From positions 600,001 to 632,000 of the forward strand of contig NZ_CP047931.1 in assembly GCF_014280175.1 (NCBI RefSeq): DNA of 32,000 nucleotides. The letters are read 5' to 3'. This DNA comes from Synechococcus sp. A15-28 (GTDB lineage: Bacteria; Cyanobacteriota; Cyanobacteriia; PCC-6307; Cyanobiaceae). The position numbers were made by a program, and so were the translations under genes. Shown piece after piece: positions 1 to 11,144 of the stretch (the first letter of the stretch is position 1; every line of letters begins with the position of its first letter). A model generated the notes under the pieces. That model did no database searches, had not been told where the DNA came from, and saw only the letters and a program-made list of their open reading frames with translations.

Positions 1-93
1 CGGGAGTGCGTGCTCTTGAACAGTCGGGAGCCCGCTCCGCCTTCATGGAGGCCGTCATCGCCGCTGCCGAGCGCAGCCGGGAGCTCGCTTAAC

Positions 94-1263
94 TCAGGCG
101 GCCCGTTGGTCGGAGCTGACCAGGGACCCGTAGAGCGCTTCGATGGCGTCGATGTTGCGGCTGATGGTGTAGCGCTCGAGGGCACGCTGACGGGCCCGTC
201 GCCCCAGTTCCGCAGTGAGCACCGGCTGATCCCGCAGCACCGGTAACAGGGTGCGCAGCTGCGTGGTGACCCCCTGGGTGCTCAGAACGATCCCGGCTCC
301 ACCCTCCAAGGCCTCGCCATCCGCACCGGCATCGGTGGCCACGCAGGCGGTGCCGCTGGCCATCGCTTCCAGCAGCGCCAGGGATAACCCCTCAACGAGG
401 CTGGGCAGAACGAAGACCTCGGCGCATTGCAGCAGCGCCACACGGGTGTCCAGATCGGGTTCATAGCCCCACCACAGCACCTCACCATTGCCGAACTGAT
501 TCATCAGTCCGCTACTGAGGGGGCCATCGCCGACGATCACCAGTCGGCATCCGGTTGGTGAGGTGAGTCGCCAGGCCCGCAATAGCGCTTCGACGTTTTT
601 CTCGGTGGCCAGCCGTCCCATGTACAGGAAGATCCGCTGGGATCCCAGCCGTTCGCGCACGCGTTTGAGGGTCAGGTTGCTGGTGCCATGGGTGGCAGGG
701 GCCCAGCGTTCCGTATCCACGCCATTGGGAATGACCACCAGGCGCTGCTCCGGCACACCGAGTCGGACCAGTACATCAGCCTGCAGCTGGGAGAACACGA
801 TCACCCGGTCGTAGCGCGCCAGGGCGGGGGCATACAGCTGATATGTGAGCTGCTGGGTACCGGCGGTGATGTTGCGCAGCCCCGCATCAAAAGGGGGGTG
901 AAAAGTGGCCACCAGTGGCACGCCGAGCTGCTGGCAGAGCTCCGGCAGGCGGAAGTCAAGGGGTGAGAGGGTGAGGCTGGCGTGGACGATGTCCGGCTTC
1001 AGCCGCTCCAGGGAGTCCCTCAGCTCCCGCTGCGCCCCCGGTGAGGGGATCGTGTAAACCTGCGATTTGACCAGATACGGCAGGCTGACGTCCGGGTCAT
1101 TGGCCAGCAATGACGTTCCGCCGCTCTCGGGATTGCGAGGATTGTCGAAATGGATGAAGTGCGTCTGATGCCCCCGCTGACGCAAGGCCTCGGTGGTGCT
1201 GAGGCCGTAGGAGACGTTCCCGCAGAACGGTGTTTTCTTCCCCAGCCAGGCGATCTGCACCAA
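94..1263 (-). CDS. Glycosyltransferase family 4 (group 1)
   Basis: 389 aa ORF with GT-B pattern: FLYMGRLATEKNVEALLRAW..., VIPNGVDTERW, EVFVLPSLVEGLSLALLEAMASGTACVATDAG. Confidence 0.9.
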   Translation of the reverse strand: MVQIAWLGKKTPFCGNVSYGLSTTEALRQRGHQTHFIHFDNPRNPESGGTSLLANDPDVSLPYLVKSQVYTIPSPGAQRELRDSLERLKPDIVHASLTLSPLDFRLPELCQQLGVPLVATFHPPFDAGLRNITAGTQQLTYQLYAPALARYDRVIVFSQLQADVLVRLGVPEQRLVVIPNGVDTERWAPATHGTSNLTLKRVRERLGSQRIFLYMGRLATEKNVEALLRAWRLTSPTGCRLVIVGDGPLSSGLMNQFGNGEVLWWGYEPDLDTRVALLQCAEVFVLPSLVEGLSLALLEAMASGTACVATDAGADGEALEGGAGIVLSTQGVTTQLRTLLPVLRDQPVLTAELGRRARQRALERYTISRNIDAIEALYGSLVSSDQRAA

Positions 1264-1295
1264 GCGCGACTGCCCTCCTCAGGCGGACTGGCAAG

Positions 1296-2702
1296 TTAGC
1301 AGCGCTTCCAGGGGCGTTCGAGCACAGCCGCCACCAGAGCCATCGCAGCCAGAAGCAGCAAGACCGGCTCCAGCCCGACGCTGCTCACCAAGGTGCCGGC
1401 CAGCACCAGAGGAAGGCTCAGGGCGATGTTGATCAGGTTGTTCTGCAGTCCGAACACCCGTCCCCGCTCCCGCTCCGGTGTGTCCTCCTGCAGGGTGGTC
1501 TGGGCCGGTATCGCCACCAGTGCGGCGCCGATCCCCAGAACGGTGCAGAGCAACAGGGTGACTAAAAGGCGACCTTGCAACTGCCCCAGCATCACCAGGA
1601 CGAAGGTGATGGTGGCCAGGCCGGTGGCACCGAGGTGATGACGGCTGATCTGATGGCCCACCTGGGCCGTGACCACGGCCCCGATGGCCATGCCGAGGCC
1701 GCTCATGGCCAGCAGCGTGCCGAAACCGGTTGGACCGAGGCTGTTGATCGAGCCGGCCAGGCTGATGGCCAGCACGTACATGGCGGCCAGCAGGCTGTAC
1801 AGCAACACCAGGTTGCGCATCGCCCGCCGCACCGTCGGGCGTTTCACCAACACCTGCAGCCCCTCTCGGACCTCGTCCAGGATGCCGACATCCCCGGCTT
1901 CCCGGGGCGCTTCGCGCATCTGGATCGTGCTCAGACTCACCGCGGCCAGCCCATAGCAGAAGGGCAGCAGCAGAAACTCACCGCCCGCGAGGCCGATCCG
2001 GAGAAAGGCGCCGTTGAGCAACCTCAGAATCGGCTCCCCCAGGGCGAAGCCCACGATCGTGGCCGCCATGCTGGTGGCCTGGTAAAGGGAATTGGCAGCC
2101 AGCAGAAGGTCCCTCGGCACGAGGAGGGGGATCGCAGCCTGCTCCGCCGGCGCAAAAAACTGGGTCAGAACCGATTCGAAGAAGGTCATCACCAACAGGG
2201 CCCAGTAGCCCCAGCTCAGACCCAGAAACAAGGGGCCTGGCACCAGGCAGAAGGGTGCCAACAGCACCAGCAGGGCACGCATGGCATTGGAGGCCACCAT
2301 CACCCGTCGTTTGGGCCAGCGATCCGCCCAGACGCCGGCCAGCATCCCCAGGAGGATGGCGGGAACCGTGTTGGCCACGTAGATGCCTGTGGCCAGAAGC
2401 GTGATGCGCTCCGCCCGCGTTTCGATGTCCATGCGGATGGCTGACGCCACGTCCGCCAGGGGACCACTGCTGGAGGGATCACTGCTCACCCAGTACTGGG
2501 CGATCAGGAACACCATCAGCACGATGTAGAACTTGTCCGCCAGCTGGGAGAAGATCTGCCCCAGCCACAGCCGCCGGAAGCCGTCCAGACGGATCACCGC
2601 CTGCAGACCTCTCCGGCTGGTGTCTGGAGCGCTGGTTGCGGATCCGCTCAACTGTTCCCTGCGTCGGCGCCATGTTGGCTTACCTTCGTCGCCGTGACGC
2701 AC
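1296..2702 (-). CDS. MFS transporter; the true start is probably internal because the annotated N-terminus overlaps recO
   Basis: Multiple hydrophobic helices; LAGVWADRWPKRRVMVASNAMRALLVLL is an MFS loop 2-3 signature; FRRLWLGQIFSQLADKFY N-terminus. Confidence 0.85.
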   Translation of the reverse strand: MRHGDEGKPTWRRRREQLSGSATSAPDTSRRGLQAVIRLDGFRRLWLGQIFSQLADKFYIVLMVFLIAQYWVSSDPSSSGPLADVASAIRMDIETRAERITLLATGIYVANTVPAILLGMLAGVWADRWPKRRVMVASNAMRALLVLLAPFCLVPGPLFLGLSWGYWALLVMTFFESVLTQFFAPAEQAAIPLLVPRDLLLAANSLYQATSMAATIVGFALGEPILRLLNGAFLRIGLAGGEFLLLPFCYGLAAVSLSTIQMREAPREAGDVGILDEVREGLQVLVKRPTVRRAMRNLVLLYSLLAAMYVLAISLAGSINSLGPTGFGTLLAMSGLGMAIGAVVTAQVGHQISRHHLGATGLATITFVLVMLGQLQGRLLVTLLLCTVLGIGAALVAIPAQTTLQEDTPERERGRVFGLQNNLINIALSLPLVLAGTLVSSVGLEPVLLLLAAMALVAAVLERPWKRC

Positions 2703-3454
2703 TCCCGCAGCATCGCCAGGGCAGGGTTCCCCCGTTGCAGATGGGTTCGGATCCAGATCTCGACCACGCCAAGCAATCGCAGCCAGACCGAGCGCGGCCC
2801 CATCAGCTGCCCATCGCGGCGGCGAGGCAGATCGGCACGGGTCAGCCGTTGCAGCAGGGCCAGTTCCGAAGGATTGAGGCTCATCGCCGCTCCGGGCTGC
2901 CGATCAATGGCGAAGCCGTCCATCGGCAGAAGGCTGCAGCGCCACTCCCACATCCCGATGGGAGGTTCGAGCGGGGCACCACTGAGGCAGCAGCTCTGCA
3001 GCGGCAGGCTGTATCCCCCCAGGGTCAGCAGATGGATGGCCCCCTGCACGCTGCTGGCCAGCACCTCATCCAGGCAGTCGCTGCGTTGGTCCAACCGTTC
3101 CAGGTGCAGTTGGAGTGTGGCGAGCAGTCCCTCCACGGGATCTTCCCCCGCCAGCTGCAGGCAGAGATCACAGAAGGCCTGAGCGGCGGACAGGGTCTCC
3201 AGCTGGCGGCCGAGACCGGCATGGCTGTGAAGCACCCGCAGCTGGCGAACGCGGGCCAGCCCACTGCGACCGCCCACCTGCAATTCCAGCAGGGTCAGAG
3301 GCGCGGCGGCCGCCAGGCTGCTTTTCGGCCGCCGCGCACCGGGAACGGCCACGCGGGTCACCCCTTCCGCATCGCTGAGCAGGCTCAACAGCCGATCGTG
3401 CTCGCCGAGGGGGCCCACCTTTAAGGCCAACCCCACCAGGGTACGTTCAGCCAT
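2648..3454 (-). CDS. recO: DNA repair protein RecO
   Basis: MAERTLVGLALKVGPLGEHDRLLSLLSDAEGVTRVAVPGARRPKSSLAAAAPLTLLELQV matches RecO N-terminal OB-fold pattern. Confidence 0.9.
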   Translation of the reverse strand: MAERTLVGLALKVGPLGEHDRLLSLLSDAEGVTRVAVPGARRPKSSLAAAAPLTLLELQVGGRSGLARVRQLRVLHSHAGLGRQLETLSAAQAFCDLCLQLAGEDPVEGLLATLQLHLERLDQRSDCLDEVLASSVQGAIHLLTLGGYSLPLQSCCLSGAPLEPPIGMWEWRCSLLPMDGFAIDRQPGAAMSLNPSELALLQRLTRADLPRRRDGQLMGPRSVWLRLLGVVEIWIRTHLQRGNPALAMLRECVTATKVSQHGADAGNS

Positions 3455-4132
3455 TCAGGCGATCGGTCGCCGCAGGGCTTGCAGCAGTTCGGGGGCGCTG
3501 CTGGTGCCGAGCAGAGCGGCACCGGCCTCGAGCAGTTCCAGGGCCAGCTCGGGTTGATGAATCCCACCGGCGGCCTTGATGGCGCAGCGGCCGCGGCACA
3601 ACCCGGAGAGAACAGCGATATCTGCCGCTTGGCAGGGAGGACCGAAGCCATTGCCGCTCTGCACCCCTGTGGCGCCGGCATCGATGGAGGCTTCCACAGC
3701 GGTCGCCAGGAGCTCCTCCGGCAACCGGGCCATGTCCAGCACCACCCGCACCGGCAGTCCCAGGCCGGTGATGGCCGCTAGATCCTCGGCAAATCCGCCG
3801 CTGTCCCCCGTTACCAAGGCACTGAAATCCGGAACCACGTCCAGTTCATCGGCGCCATGGGCCGCAGCCCATGTCGCTTCCGCCAACCGCAGTTGCGCAG
3901 GGAGAGCACCAAAGGGGAAGCCGATGGCGGCGATCAGCTGCGGTCCTCCCTGGCCCCCCAGCCGCTCCCGCAACACGGGAAGCTGTCGCAGGCTGGTGCA
4001 GATCGCCCGCACGCGTTCCTGCCGCCCCGCATCGCAGCGTTCGTGCAGCTGCTCCACGGTGAGCAGGGGATCCAGCACCGCCTGGTCCAGACAGGAAGGC
4101 AGGTCGGATTGATCCTGCCGTGGGTCAGCCAT
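3455..4132 (-). CDS. deoC: Deoxyribose-phosphate aldolase
   Basis: Class I aldolase pattern: ELDVVPDFSALVTGD, GATGVQSGNGF, IKAAGGIHQPELALELLEAGAALLGTSS. Abuts recO. Confidence 0.88.
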   Translation of the reverse strand: MADPRQDQSDLPSCLDQAVLDPLLTVEQLHERCDAGRQERVRAICTSLRQLPVLRERLGGQGGPQLIAAIGFPFGALPAQLRLAEATWAAAHGADELDVVPDFSALVTGDSGGFAEDLAAITGLGLPVRVVLDMARLPEELLATAVEASIDAGATGVQSGNGFGPPCQAADIAVLSGLCRGRCAIKAAGGIHQPELALELLEAGAALLGTSSAPELLQALRRPIA

Positions 4133-4146
4133 GGATGCCGGTGACG

Positions 4147-4728
4147 TCAGCCTCGAGCCTGAATCACGCCGTAGCCGCCATGGTTGCGGCGGTAGATCAC
4201 CTGGAGTTGATCGCTGTCCTTGTCGCGGAACAGGTAGAAGTCGTGGTCGATCAGGTCCAGTTGGCGCCGGGCCTCATCCAGGCTCATCGGCGGCATGGCG
4301 AAGTACTTGCGACGCACACCGGGGTCGGGCAGCTCAGCTTCACGGCCCTGCAACAGCGACCCTTCCACCTGGCTGTCGTCGGCGACGGCCTCCGTGGTGG
4401 GGGTGGTGCTGGCGCTGTGGCCGTGGTGGTGATCGCTGTGACGCTCCTTCCAGCGCCGCAGTTGACGCGCCAGCTTGCCGGCCGCCAGGTCGATGCTGGC
4501 GTAAAGGTTTTCGCTGCGTTCCTGGGCCCGGATCACGGTGCCATTGGCAAACACCGTGACCTCAGCGGTCTGTTGCGGAACCCTGGGATTGCGGGCGACA
4601 GAAAGATGCACGTCCGCCTCGCGGACGGCATCGCCGAAATGGTGGGTGGCCCGTTCGAGTTTGGTCTGGGTGTAATCCCTCAGGGCCGGCGTGATCTCGA
4701 GGTTGCGACCATGGATCAGCAATTTCAT
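4147..4728 (-). CDS. hpf: Ribosome hibernation promoting factor, long form (LrtA/HPF)
   Basis: [31 protein letters not shown] and C-terminal [32 protein letters not shown]. Confidence 0.93.
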   Translation of the reverse strand: MKLLIHGRNLEITPALRDYTQTKLERATHHFGDAVREADVHLSVARNPRVPQQTAEVTVFANGTVIRAQERSENLYASIDLAAGKLARQLRRWKERHSDHHHGHSASTTPTTEAVADDSQVEGSLLQGREAELPDPGVRRKYFAMPPMSLDEARRQLDLIDHDFYLFRDKDSDQLQVIYRRNHGGYGVIQARG

Positions 4729-4739
4729 GCCTCGCTCCT

Positions 4740-5435
4740 GTGCCGGTTGATATCGGCAAACTAGTTACGCCTGTCGATTCGGCACACCCCGGCTCCGCAA
4801 TTCTTGTTGAGCCCACCCAGCCGCTGCCCTTCCAGCGGGCCTGGACCGACCAACGCCAATGGCAGCAGCGTCTTCTGGAGAATCCAGAGCTGCCGGAGGC
4901 GGTGTGGTTGCTGCAGCACGAGGCCTGCTACACCCTGGGCCGCGGTGCCAGCAGCGACCATCTGCATTTCCCGCAGGATCACCCTCCCGCGCCGGTGCAT
5001 CGAATCGACCGTGGTGGTGAGGTGACCCATCACCTGCCTGGCCAGTTGGTGGCCTATCCCGTCCTGGATCTGCGGCGCCGTCAGCCCGACCTGCACTGGT
5101 ACCTGCGCCAGTTGGAGCAGGTGTTGATCGATGTCCTGGCGCAGCTCGACCTGCAGGGGGAGCGCCTGCCGGGTCTGACGGGCCTCTGGCTGGACAACCG
5201 CAAGGTGGCGGCCATTGGTGTGGGCTGTCGCCGCTGGATCACCCAGCACGGCCTGGCCCTGAACATCGATTGCGATCTGGCGGGCTTTGATCAGGTCACC
5301 CCCTGTGGCCTGACAGGTCGGGCGGTGGGACGCCTGGCGGACTGGATCCCGGGGTTGAGCCTCGCTGAGGTGCAGCCGCTGCTGCGGGATGCCCTGGCTT
5401 CCCGCTTCCACCTGGCCTGGTGCGATGAAGCGTGA
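4740..5435 (+). CDS. lipB: Octanoyltransferase (lipoyl(octanoyl) transferase)
   Basis: [59 protein letters not shown] start at 4740; exact start uncertain. Confidence 0.9.
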   Translation: MPVDIGKLVTPVDSAHPGSAILVEPTQPLPFQRAWTDQRQWQQRLLENPELPEAVWLLQHEACYTLGRGASSDHLHFPQDHPPAPVHRIDRGGEVTHHLPGQLVAYPVLDLRRRQPDLHWYLRQLEQVLIDVLAQLDLQGERLPGLTGLWLDNRKVAAIGVGCRRWITQHGLALNIDCDLAGFDQVTPCGLTGRAVGRLADWIPGLSLAEVQPLLRDALASRFHLAWCDEA

Positions 5436-5465
5436 TAGGCAAGTGCCATTGGATGCAGGTGTTGG

Positions 5466-7379
5466 ATGACCGCCAGCTGGACGCCCTCGGCCTGTGAACA
5501 GGAGGCCCTGCAGAGCCATGGCCACATTCAGGGGCTGGAGCGGGTGGATGCGGTCTGGCCCTGGCTGGCGGCAGAACACGGGACCATCACGGCCGTCGAT
5601 GCCCCCCACGCCGCCCATCCCGAGCGCTTCAGCTTCGCCGAACTGGAGCAGAGGATTGCCACGGCGGCGGCGGCTTTCCGACGCCAGGGGGTGCAGCCGG
5701 GAGATGTGGTGGCCCTGTTTGCGGAGAACAGTCCCCGCTGGCTGGTGGCAGACCAGGGTCTGATGCGTTGCGGGGCCGCCGATGCGGTGCGCGGCGCCTC
5801 GGCTCCTGTCGAGGAACTTCGCTACATCCTCGAGGACTGCAACGCCACAGCCCTGGTGGTGCAGAACGCGGATCTATGGCGCCGCCTGGATCTGACGGCG
5901 TCGCAGCGCCAGCGTCTCCGACTGGTCCTGCAGTTGGAGGGGGAGCCGGCAGAGGGCGTTCTCGGCTGGGAGGCCTTTCTCGCGTCCGGTGCCGGGCAGC
6001 AGACGGTGACCGCGTCAAGGGATCGCAGGGCCATCGCCACTGTTCTCTACACCTCCGGCACCACCGGTCAGCCCAAGGGTGTTCCCCTCACCCACGCCAA
6101 TCTCCTGCATCAGATGCAGTCTCTGGCCTGTGTGGCCCACCCCAAGCCCGGTTCCCCGGTGCTGAGCGTGCTGCCGATCTGGCACGCCTACGAGCGCAGT
6201 GCCAGCTATTACTTCCTGTCCTGTGCCTGCACGCAGACCTACACCACGATCAAGCAGCTGAAGAAGGACCTGCCGCGAGTCAAACCGATCGCTATGGCCA
6301 CCGTGCCGCGGTTGTGGGAGTCGGTGCAGGCCGGTTTCGAGGATGTGCTGAAAACCTTCCCTGCCTCCCGTCAGCGTCTGCTTCGGGCCGCTCTGGCCAA
6401 CAGCGCGGCCCAGCGCAAGGCTCTGCGGACGGCTCGGAATCTGCTGCTCCAACAGGTGAGCCTGAGCGGCCGCATCACGGCTGCAGCCACTGCAGTTCTG
6501 CGCTGGCCCCTGCATGCCCTGGCGTCAGCGCTGATCTGGCCGAAGCTGCGGCTGCAGCTCAGTGGCGGCCAGCTGGCCTACCCCATCAGCGGTGGTGGTG
6601 CCATTGCGCCCCATATCGACGCTTTCTTCGAGGCGGTGGGGATCGAGCTGCTGGTGGGCTATGGCCTGACGGAAACCAGTCCGGTGGTGAGCTGCCGCAG
6701 GCCCTGGCGCAACATCCGCGGCAGTTCTGGGCTGCCGATGCCGGACACGGAGTTCCGCATCGTGGATTCTGAATCGGGGGTGGCCCTCGGTTTCCGCGAA
6801 CAGGGTCGGGTGCTCGTGCGTGGCCCCCAGGTGATGGGGGGGTACCTGGGCAAGCCTGAGGCGAGTTCCAAGGTGCTCAGCGCCGACGGTTGGTTCGATA
6901 CCGGCGATCTGGGCATGCTGCTGCCCGACGGGTCGGTGGCGCTGACAGGCCGTGCCAAGGACACCATTGTGTTGAGCAGTGGGGAGAACATCGAACCGGG
7001 CCCCCTGGAGGAGGCCCTGGTGGCCAGTCCATTGATCGAGCAGGTGATGCTGGTGGGGCAGGACGAACGTCAGCTCGGAGCGTTGCTGGTTCCGCGGGTG
7101 GAACCGATCCGAGCCTGGGCCATGGGACAGGGCTTTGCCGTGGCGGAGGACCTTGGAGGACGACCGGGTGAGCCCGCGTTGCTGAACCTGCTCATGCGGG
7201 AGTGCAACCGCATGCTGCGGCTGCGGCCCGGGGCCCGTGGAGACGAGCGTTTGTGCGGTGTTGGCCTGGTGGAGCCGTTCAGCATCGACAACGGCCTGCT
7301 GACCCAGACCTTGAAACAGCGGCGGGACCGCATCGGCCGCCGCGACGCGGCGGTGATTCAGTGGATCTATGGGCGTTGA
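5466..7379 (+). CDS. AMP-dependent synthetase/ligase (long-chain acyl-CoA or acyl-ACP synthetase)
   Basis: ANL signatures TVLYTSGTTGQPKGVPLTH, GYGLTETSPVVS, WFDTGDLGMLLPDG, LSSGENIEP. Confidence 0.9.
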   Translation: MTASWTPSACEQEALQSHGHIQGLERVDAVWPWLAAEHGTITAVDAPHAAHPERFSFAELEQRIATAAAAFRRQGVQPGDVVALFAENSPRWLVADQGLMRCGAADAVRGASAPVEELRYILEDCNATALVVQNADLWRRLDLTASQRQRLRLVLQLEGEPAEGVLGWEAFLASGAGQQTVTASRDRRAIATVLYTSGTTGQPKGVPLTHANLLHQMQSLACVAHPKPGSPVLSVLPIWHAYERSASYYFLSCACTQTYTTIKQLKKDLPRVKPIAMATVPRLWESVQAGFEDVLKTFPASRQRLLRAALANSAAQRKALRTARNLLLQQVSLSGRITAAATAVLRWPLHALASALIWPKLRLQLSGGQLAYPISGGGAIAPHIDAFFEAVGIELLVGYGLTETSPVVSCRRPWRNIRGSSGLPMPDTEFRIVDSESGVALGFREQGRVLVRGPQVMGGYLGKPEASSKVLSADGWFDTGDLGMLLPDGSVALTGRAKDTIVLSSGENIEPGPLEEALVASPLIEQVMLVGQDERQLGALLVPRVEPIRAWAMGQGFAVAEDLGGRPGEPALLNLLMRECNRMLRLRPGARGDERLCGVGLVEPFSIDNGLLTQTLKQRRDRIGRRDAAVIQWIYGR

Positions 7380-7451
7380 ACCACGTTCGGTTCCCCGGTG
7401 ATTGACCCCAGCGGTCTGGACTGAGACGCTGGCTGCCACTTTCACAGCACC

Positions 7452-7895
7452 ATGTCCGACGGCACCATCCTCACGATCAAGCGTCCGATCACGGTGCGTG
7501 CCGTCGTGACGCCCACCTGGAAGGAGGAGGCTGAGCGCGAGATCAGCAACGGCATCGCCAACGCCGATCAGCAGCTGGCACAGCTGGAACAGGAAGGTCA
7601 GACCGTGGTGGACCAGGTGCGGCGTCAGAGCGCCAATCCCCTTGACCCACGGGTGCAGGAGCAGGTGGCCAACATCCAGCAGCAGGTGGCTGGCAAGCGA
7701 TCAGAGCTTGAAGAGCAGAAGCGCAACCTGCTGCAGCAGCAGGCTCAGGTGCGTGAACTGGAGATGGACCAGATCGTGGAGCAGGGCCAGCTGGAAAGCA
7801 GCTGCGAGATCAAGCTCGGCGACAACCTGGTTCAGAAGATGCAGGTGGCGATCGTCGTCAAGGACGGCGTGATCCAGTCGATCGAAGAGGCCTGA
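7452..7895 (+). CDS. YlqD-like conserved protein
   Basis: 147 aa coiled-coil protein: ILTIKRPITVRAVVTPTWKEEAEREI ... CEIKLGDNLVQKMQVAIVVKDGVIQSI. Confidence 0.75.
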   Translation: MSDGTILTIKRPITVRAVVTPTWKEEAEREISNGIANADQQLAQLEQEGQTVVDQVRRQSANPLDPRVQEQVANIQQQVAGKRSELEEQKRNLLQQQAQVRELEMDQIVEQGQLESSCEIKLGDNLVQKMQVAIVVKDGVIQSIEEA

Positions 7896-7950
7896 AGCCG
7901 CTTCTCAGCTGACTCGTAAACTCCCCTGATCTGCCTTCTCGGAGACGGTT

Positions 7951-9285
7951 TTGGCAACCCACGACATCTTCATGCCTGCCCTTAGCTCCACCATGACGGA
8001 GGGCAAGATCGTGGAGTGGCTGAAGCAACCGGGCGACAAGGTCGGTCGGGGGGAATCTGTTCTGGTGGTGGAGTCGGATAAAGCCGACATGGATGTGGAG
8101 TCGTTTCAGGACGGCTACCTGGCCGCTGTTCTGATGCCCGCCGGCAGCACGGCCCCAGTCGGTGAAACGATCGGACTGATCGTGGAGACCGAGGCGGAGA
8201 TTGCTGACGCCAAGGCGAAGGCCCCCAGCACGGCGCCTGCAGCTGCATCCCCTGCTCCCACTCCTGCCCCGGCAGCTGTGCAGGCGCCGGCCCCGACACC
8301 AGCTCCGACACCAGTCCCAGCGGCACCGGCGCCTGTTGCAGCTGCTGTTCCCCCCGCAGCGCCGGTGGCGAACGGGCGCATTGTGGCCAGCCCCCGCGCC
8401 AAGAAGTTGGCCACCCAGATGGGTGTGGACCTCAGCACCGTGCGCGGCAGCGGTCCCCACGGCCGTATCCAGGCTGAGGACGTGCAACAAGCAGGCGGAC
8501 AGCCCATCTCTGTCCCCAGGGTTGCCGAGGGTGCCGCCCCCGCTCTTTCCAGCAGCGCAGTCCCAGCTGCTGCAGCTCCCAGTGCACCGGCGGGCAACAG
8601 CTTCGGGCGTCCCGGCGACACCGTTGCCTTCAACACCCTTCAGGCTGCGGTGAACCGGAACATGGAGGCGAGCCTCGCTGTTCCTTGTTTCCGAGTCGGT
8701 TACACCATCACCACCGACAAGCTGGATGCGTTCTCCAAGTTGGTGAAACCCAAGGACGTCACGATGACGGCGTTGCTGGCCAAGGCCGTTGCCGTCACCC
8801 TGGCGCGCCACCCTCAGGTGAATGCCGCCACCACCGCGGCCGGCATGGCCTACCCCGCTGATGTGAACGTGGCCATCGCTGTGGCCATGGAGGACGGCGG
8901 TCTGATCACCCCCGTGCTGCGCAATGCCGACCGCACGGATCTCTATGAGATGTCGCGTCAGTGGAAAGATCTGGTGAAGCGCTCGCGCAGCAAGCAGCTG
9001 CAGCCCGAGGAATACAGCACCGGAACCTTCACTTTGTCGAACCTGGGCATGTTCGGCGTGGATCGCTTTGACGCAATTCTTCCTCCAGGCACAGGCGCGA
9101 TCCTTGCGGTGGCGGCCTCCCGCCCAACCGTGGTTGCAGGCAAGGATGGTTCCATTGCCGTGAAACAGCAGATGCAGGTGAACCTCACCGCTGATCACCG
9201 GGTGATCTACGGCGCTGACGGCGCCGCCTTCCTCAAGGATCTGGCGGAGTTGATCGAACATCGCCCTGAAAGCCTGGCGCTCTGA
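7951..9285 (+). CDS. pdhC: Dihydrolipoamide acetyltransferase, E2 component of pyruvate dehydrogenase
   Basis: Lipoyl domain [14 protein letters not shown], Ala/Pro linker, peripheral subunit-binding domain, catalytic domain with [17 protein letters not shown]. Confidence 0.92.
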   Translation: MATHDIFMPALSSTMTEGKIVEWLKQPGDKVGRGESVLVVESDKADMDVESFQDGYLAAVLMPAGSTAPVGETIGLIVETEAEIADAKAKAPSTAPAAASPAPTPAPAAVQAPAPTPAPTPVPAAPAPVAAAVPPAAPVANGRIVASPRAKKLATQMGVDLSTVRGSGPHGRIQAEDVQQAGGQPISVPRVAEGAAPALSSSAVPAAAAPSAPAGNSFGRPGDTVAFNTLQAAVNRNMEASLAVPCFRVGYTITTDKLDAFSKLVKPKDVTMTALLAKAVAVTLARHPQVNAATTAAGMAYPADVNVAIAVAMEDGGLITPVLRNADRTDLYEMSRQWKDLVKRSRSKQLQPEEYSTGTFTLSNLGMFGVDRFDAILPPGTGAILAVAASRPTVVAGKDGSIAVKQQMQVNLTADHRVIYGADGAAFLKDLAELIEHRPESLAL

Positions 9286-9290
9286 TCGCG

Positions 9291-10388
9291 GTGCCCGATC
9301 CCAGGGATCTGCAGCTCAGCAGTTACGACTACCGGCTGCCGCAGGAGCGGATCGCCCAGGCTCCGGCCGAACCACGCCACAGCGCTCGGCTTCTGATGGT
9401 GCCCCAGGCGACCCAGGGGCTCGATGAAGCCAGGCACGGGACGGTCTGGGATCTGCTGGAGGAATTGCAGCCTGGCGATCTTCTGGTGGTGAACGACACC
9501 CGGGTGCTCAAGGCACGGTTGAAGGTGCGTCGCTCCGGTGGTGGGCTGTCGGAGCTGTTGGTGCTGGAGCCCCGCGGGGAGGGGCGTTGGCTTTGCCTGG
9601 CACGACCGGCGAAGCGCATGCGGCCCGGCGATGTGCTCAGCATCGATGGCACCTCGATCAGCCTGACGGTGCTGGATGAGGATGCCGCCAGTGGGGGGCG
9701 TTTGGTCCAGTTCCCGACGGACTGCCGAGATGCGGAGACAATCGAGAGGCTGCTGAATCAGTGGGGCGAGGTTCCACTCCCCCCTTACATCGACCGGCAC
9801 GACCCCGACGATGCTGATCGCTATCAGACTCGCTACGCCGACCGACCTGGCGCGGTTGCGGCACCAACGGCGGGTTTGCATTTCAGCGATGAACTGCTGG
9901 CCGGTCTCCAGCGCAAGGGAGTGGACCTGGCACGCATCACTCTTCACGTGGGACTCGGTACGTTCCGCCCCGTGGAGACGGAAGATCTCACCCAACTGGA
10001 ACTGCACAGCGAGTGGATCGAGGTCAGTGCGGCGGTGGTGGAGGCCATCCAGCGGTGTCCGGGCCGGGTCATTGCCGTCGGCACCACCTGTGTGCGGGCT
10101 CTGGAGGGGGCGGCTCAACAGAACGGTGGAGTTCTGCAACCGCTCACGGGGCCCGTCAACCTCGTGATTCAGCCGGGCTATCGCTTTCGGGTGGTGCAGG
10201 GTCTGGTCACTAACTTCCACTTACCGAAGAGTTCGTTGTTGCTGTTGGTAAGCGCCTTGATTGGACGGGAAAAGTTACTGCGTTTGTATGACGAAGCAAT
10301 TCAAAAGCAGTATCGATTTTTTTCTTATGGCGATGCGATGTGGATTCCACGGGAAGCGATTCTGCAATCAGCTCAGCTGATTCCATAA
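9291..10388 (+). CDS. queA: S-adenosylmethionine:tRNA ribosyltransferase-isomerase
   Basis: [71 protein letters not shown]. Confidence 0.94.
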   Translation: MPDPRDLQLSSYDYRLPQERIAQAPAEPRHSARLLMVPQATQGLDEARHGTVWDLLEELQPGDLLVVNDTRVLKARLKVRRSGGGLSELLVLEPRGEGRWLCLARPAKRMRPGDVLSIDGTSISLTVLDEDAASGGRLVQFPTDCRDAETIERLLNQWGEVPLPPYIDRHDPDDADRYQTRYADRPGAVAAPTAGLHFSDELLAGLQRKGVDLARITLHVGLGTFRPVETEDLTQLELHSEWIEVSAAVVEAIQRCPGRVIAVGTTCVRALEGAAQQNGGVLQPLTGPVNLVIQPGYRFRVVQGLVTNFHLPKSSLLLLVSALIGREKLLRLYDEAIQKQYRFFSYGDAMWIPREAILQSAQLIP

Positions 10389-11023
10389 AATGGGTCCAAC
10401 CAGGAAATTTTTAGGGGGTCAATGTGGAGAAAGGCTGGCTGAATCATCAGTCTTTTTCCGGTAACGGCAGCTCGAATAGGTTCGCTTGTTTCCATCAATG
10501 ATTTGGCTGTGATGATGGCATGTTGGATGCAAGCGTTGGCATAGGACTGCTTCTCGTCAATGTTGATGCCATGACTGGTCAGTCCGAGCTGGATATCACG
10601 AACGAGCTCTGTTAAGGAAGCTGAGAAAACCTGATTTTTCAAATATGCAGCCTTTACTGCGCCGCAACCTTGATGACTCATCACAAGAAGGACGCTAACA
10701 TTGAGGTCAAGCACAGCATATTCAATCGAACCAGCTGACCCAAACGTGTTGGTATTTCCAGCATTGCGGATTACGAAAAGATCTCCAAAGCCTGCATCGA
10801 AGATCACTTCAACAGGAACTCTTGAATCAGAGCAAGCTAATAATGCAACTCGTGGGTGCTGCCCTCCGGCGAGTTGGTGCTCGCGTGCTTTTGTTGCGTG
10901 GGGGTGATGCGACGTGTTGCTCAAAAAGCGATCAAACCCTCGTTTGAGCTCTTCCACAACCTCGTTTGGATCAAAATACCCTTGGTTTGAGTCAACGTAA
11001 TAAGAGTCAATCATAAATTTCAC
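10373..11023 (-). CDS. Beta-class carbonic anhydrase
   Basis: [31 protein letters not shown] and SHQGCGAV zinc-ligand motifs; [25 protein letters not shown]. Confidence 0.9.
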   Translation of the reverse strand: MKFMIDSYYVDSNQGYFDPNEVVEELKRGFDRFLSNTSHHPHATKAREHQLAGGQHPRVALLACSDSRVPVEVIFDAGFGDLFVIRNAGNTNTFGSAGSIEYAVLDLNVSVLLVMSHQGCGAVKAAYLKNQVFSASLTELVRDIQLGLTSHGINIDEKQSYANACIQHAIITAKSLMETSEPIRAAVTGKRLMIQPAFLHIDPLKISWLDPFYGIS

Positions 11024-11144
11024 AAGTTAACTTCCTCATTATTGCTATATAGATTAATGAAAGACGCTTTGGTCAGCAAATGCTAACTTTTTTCGGGATG
11101 TTTCTTGACTCGAGCCTCATAATTGAGGAAAGGTCACAACGTTA

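Noticed and set aside
1-93. Possible 5' ORF 10..246 plus
   Set aside because: Overlaps the glycosyltransferase gene on the opposite strand and shows no recognisable protein pattern.
6525-7445. 306 aa minus-strand ORF (and 5768-6772 plus, 9207-10220 minus, 1575-2444 plus)
   Set aside because: Out-of-frame or antisense shadows of clearly coding acyl-CoA synthetase, queA and MFS genes.
7858-9261. 467 aa minus-strand ORF
   Set aside because: Complement of pdhC with repetitive Ser/Arg/Gly-rich translation; no domain signature.
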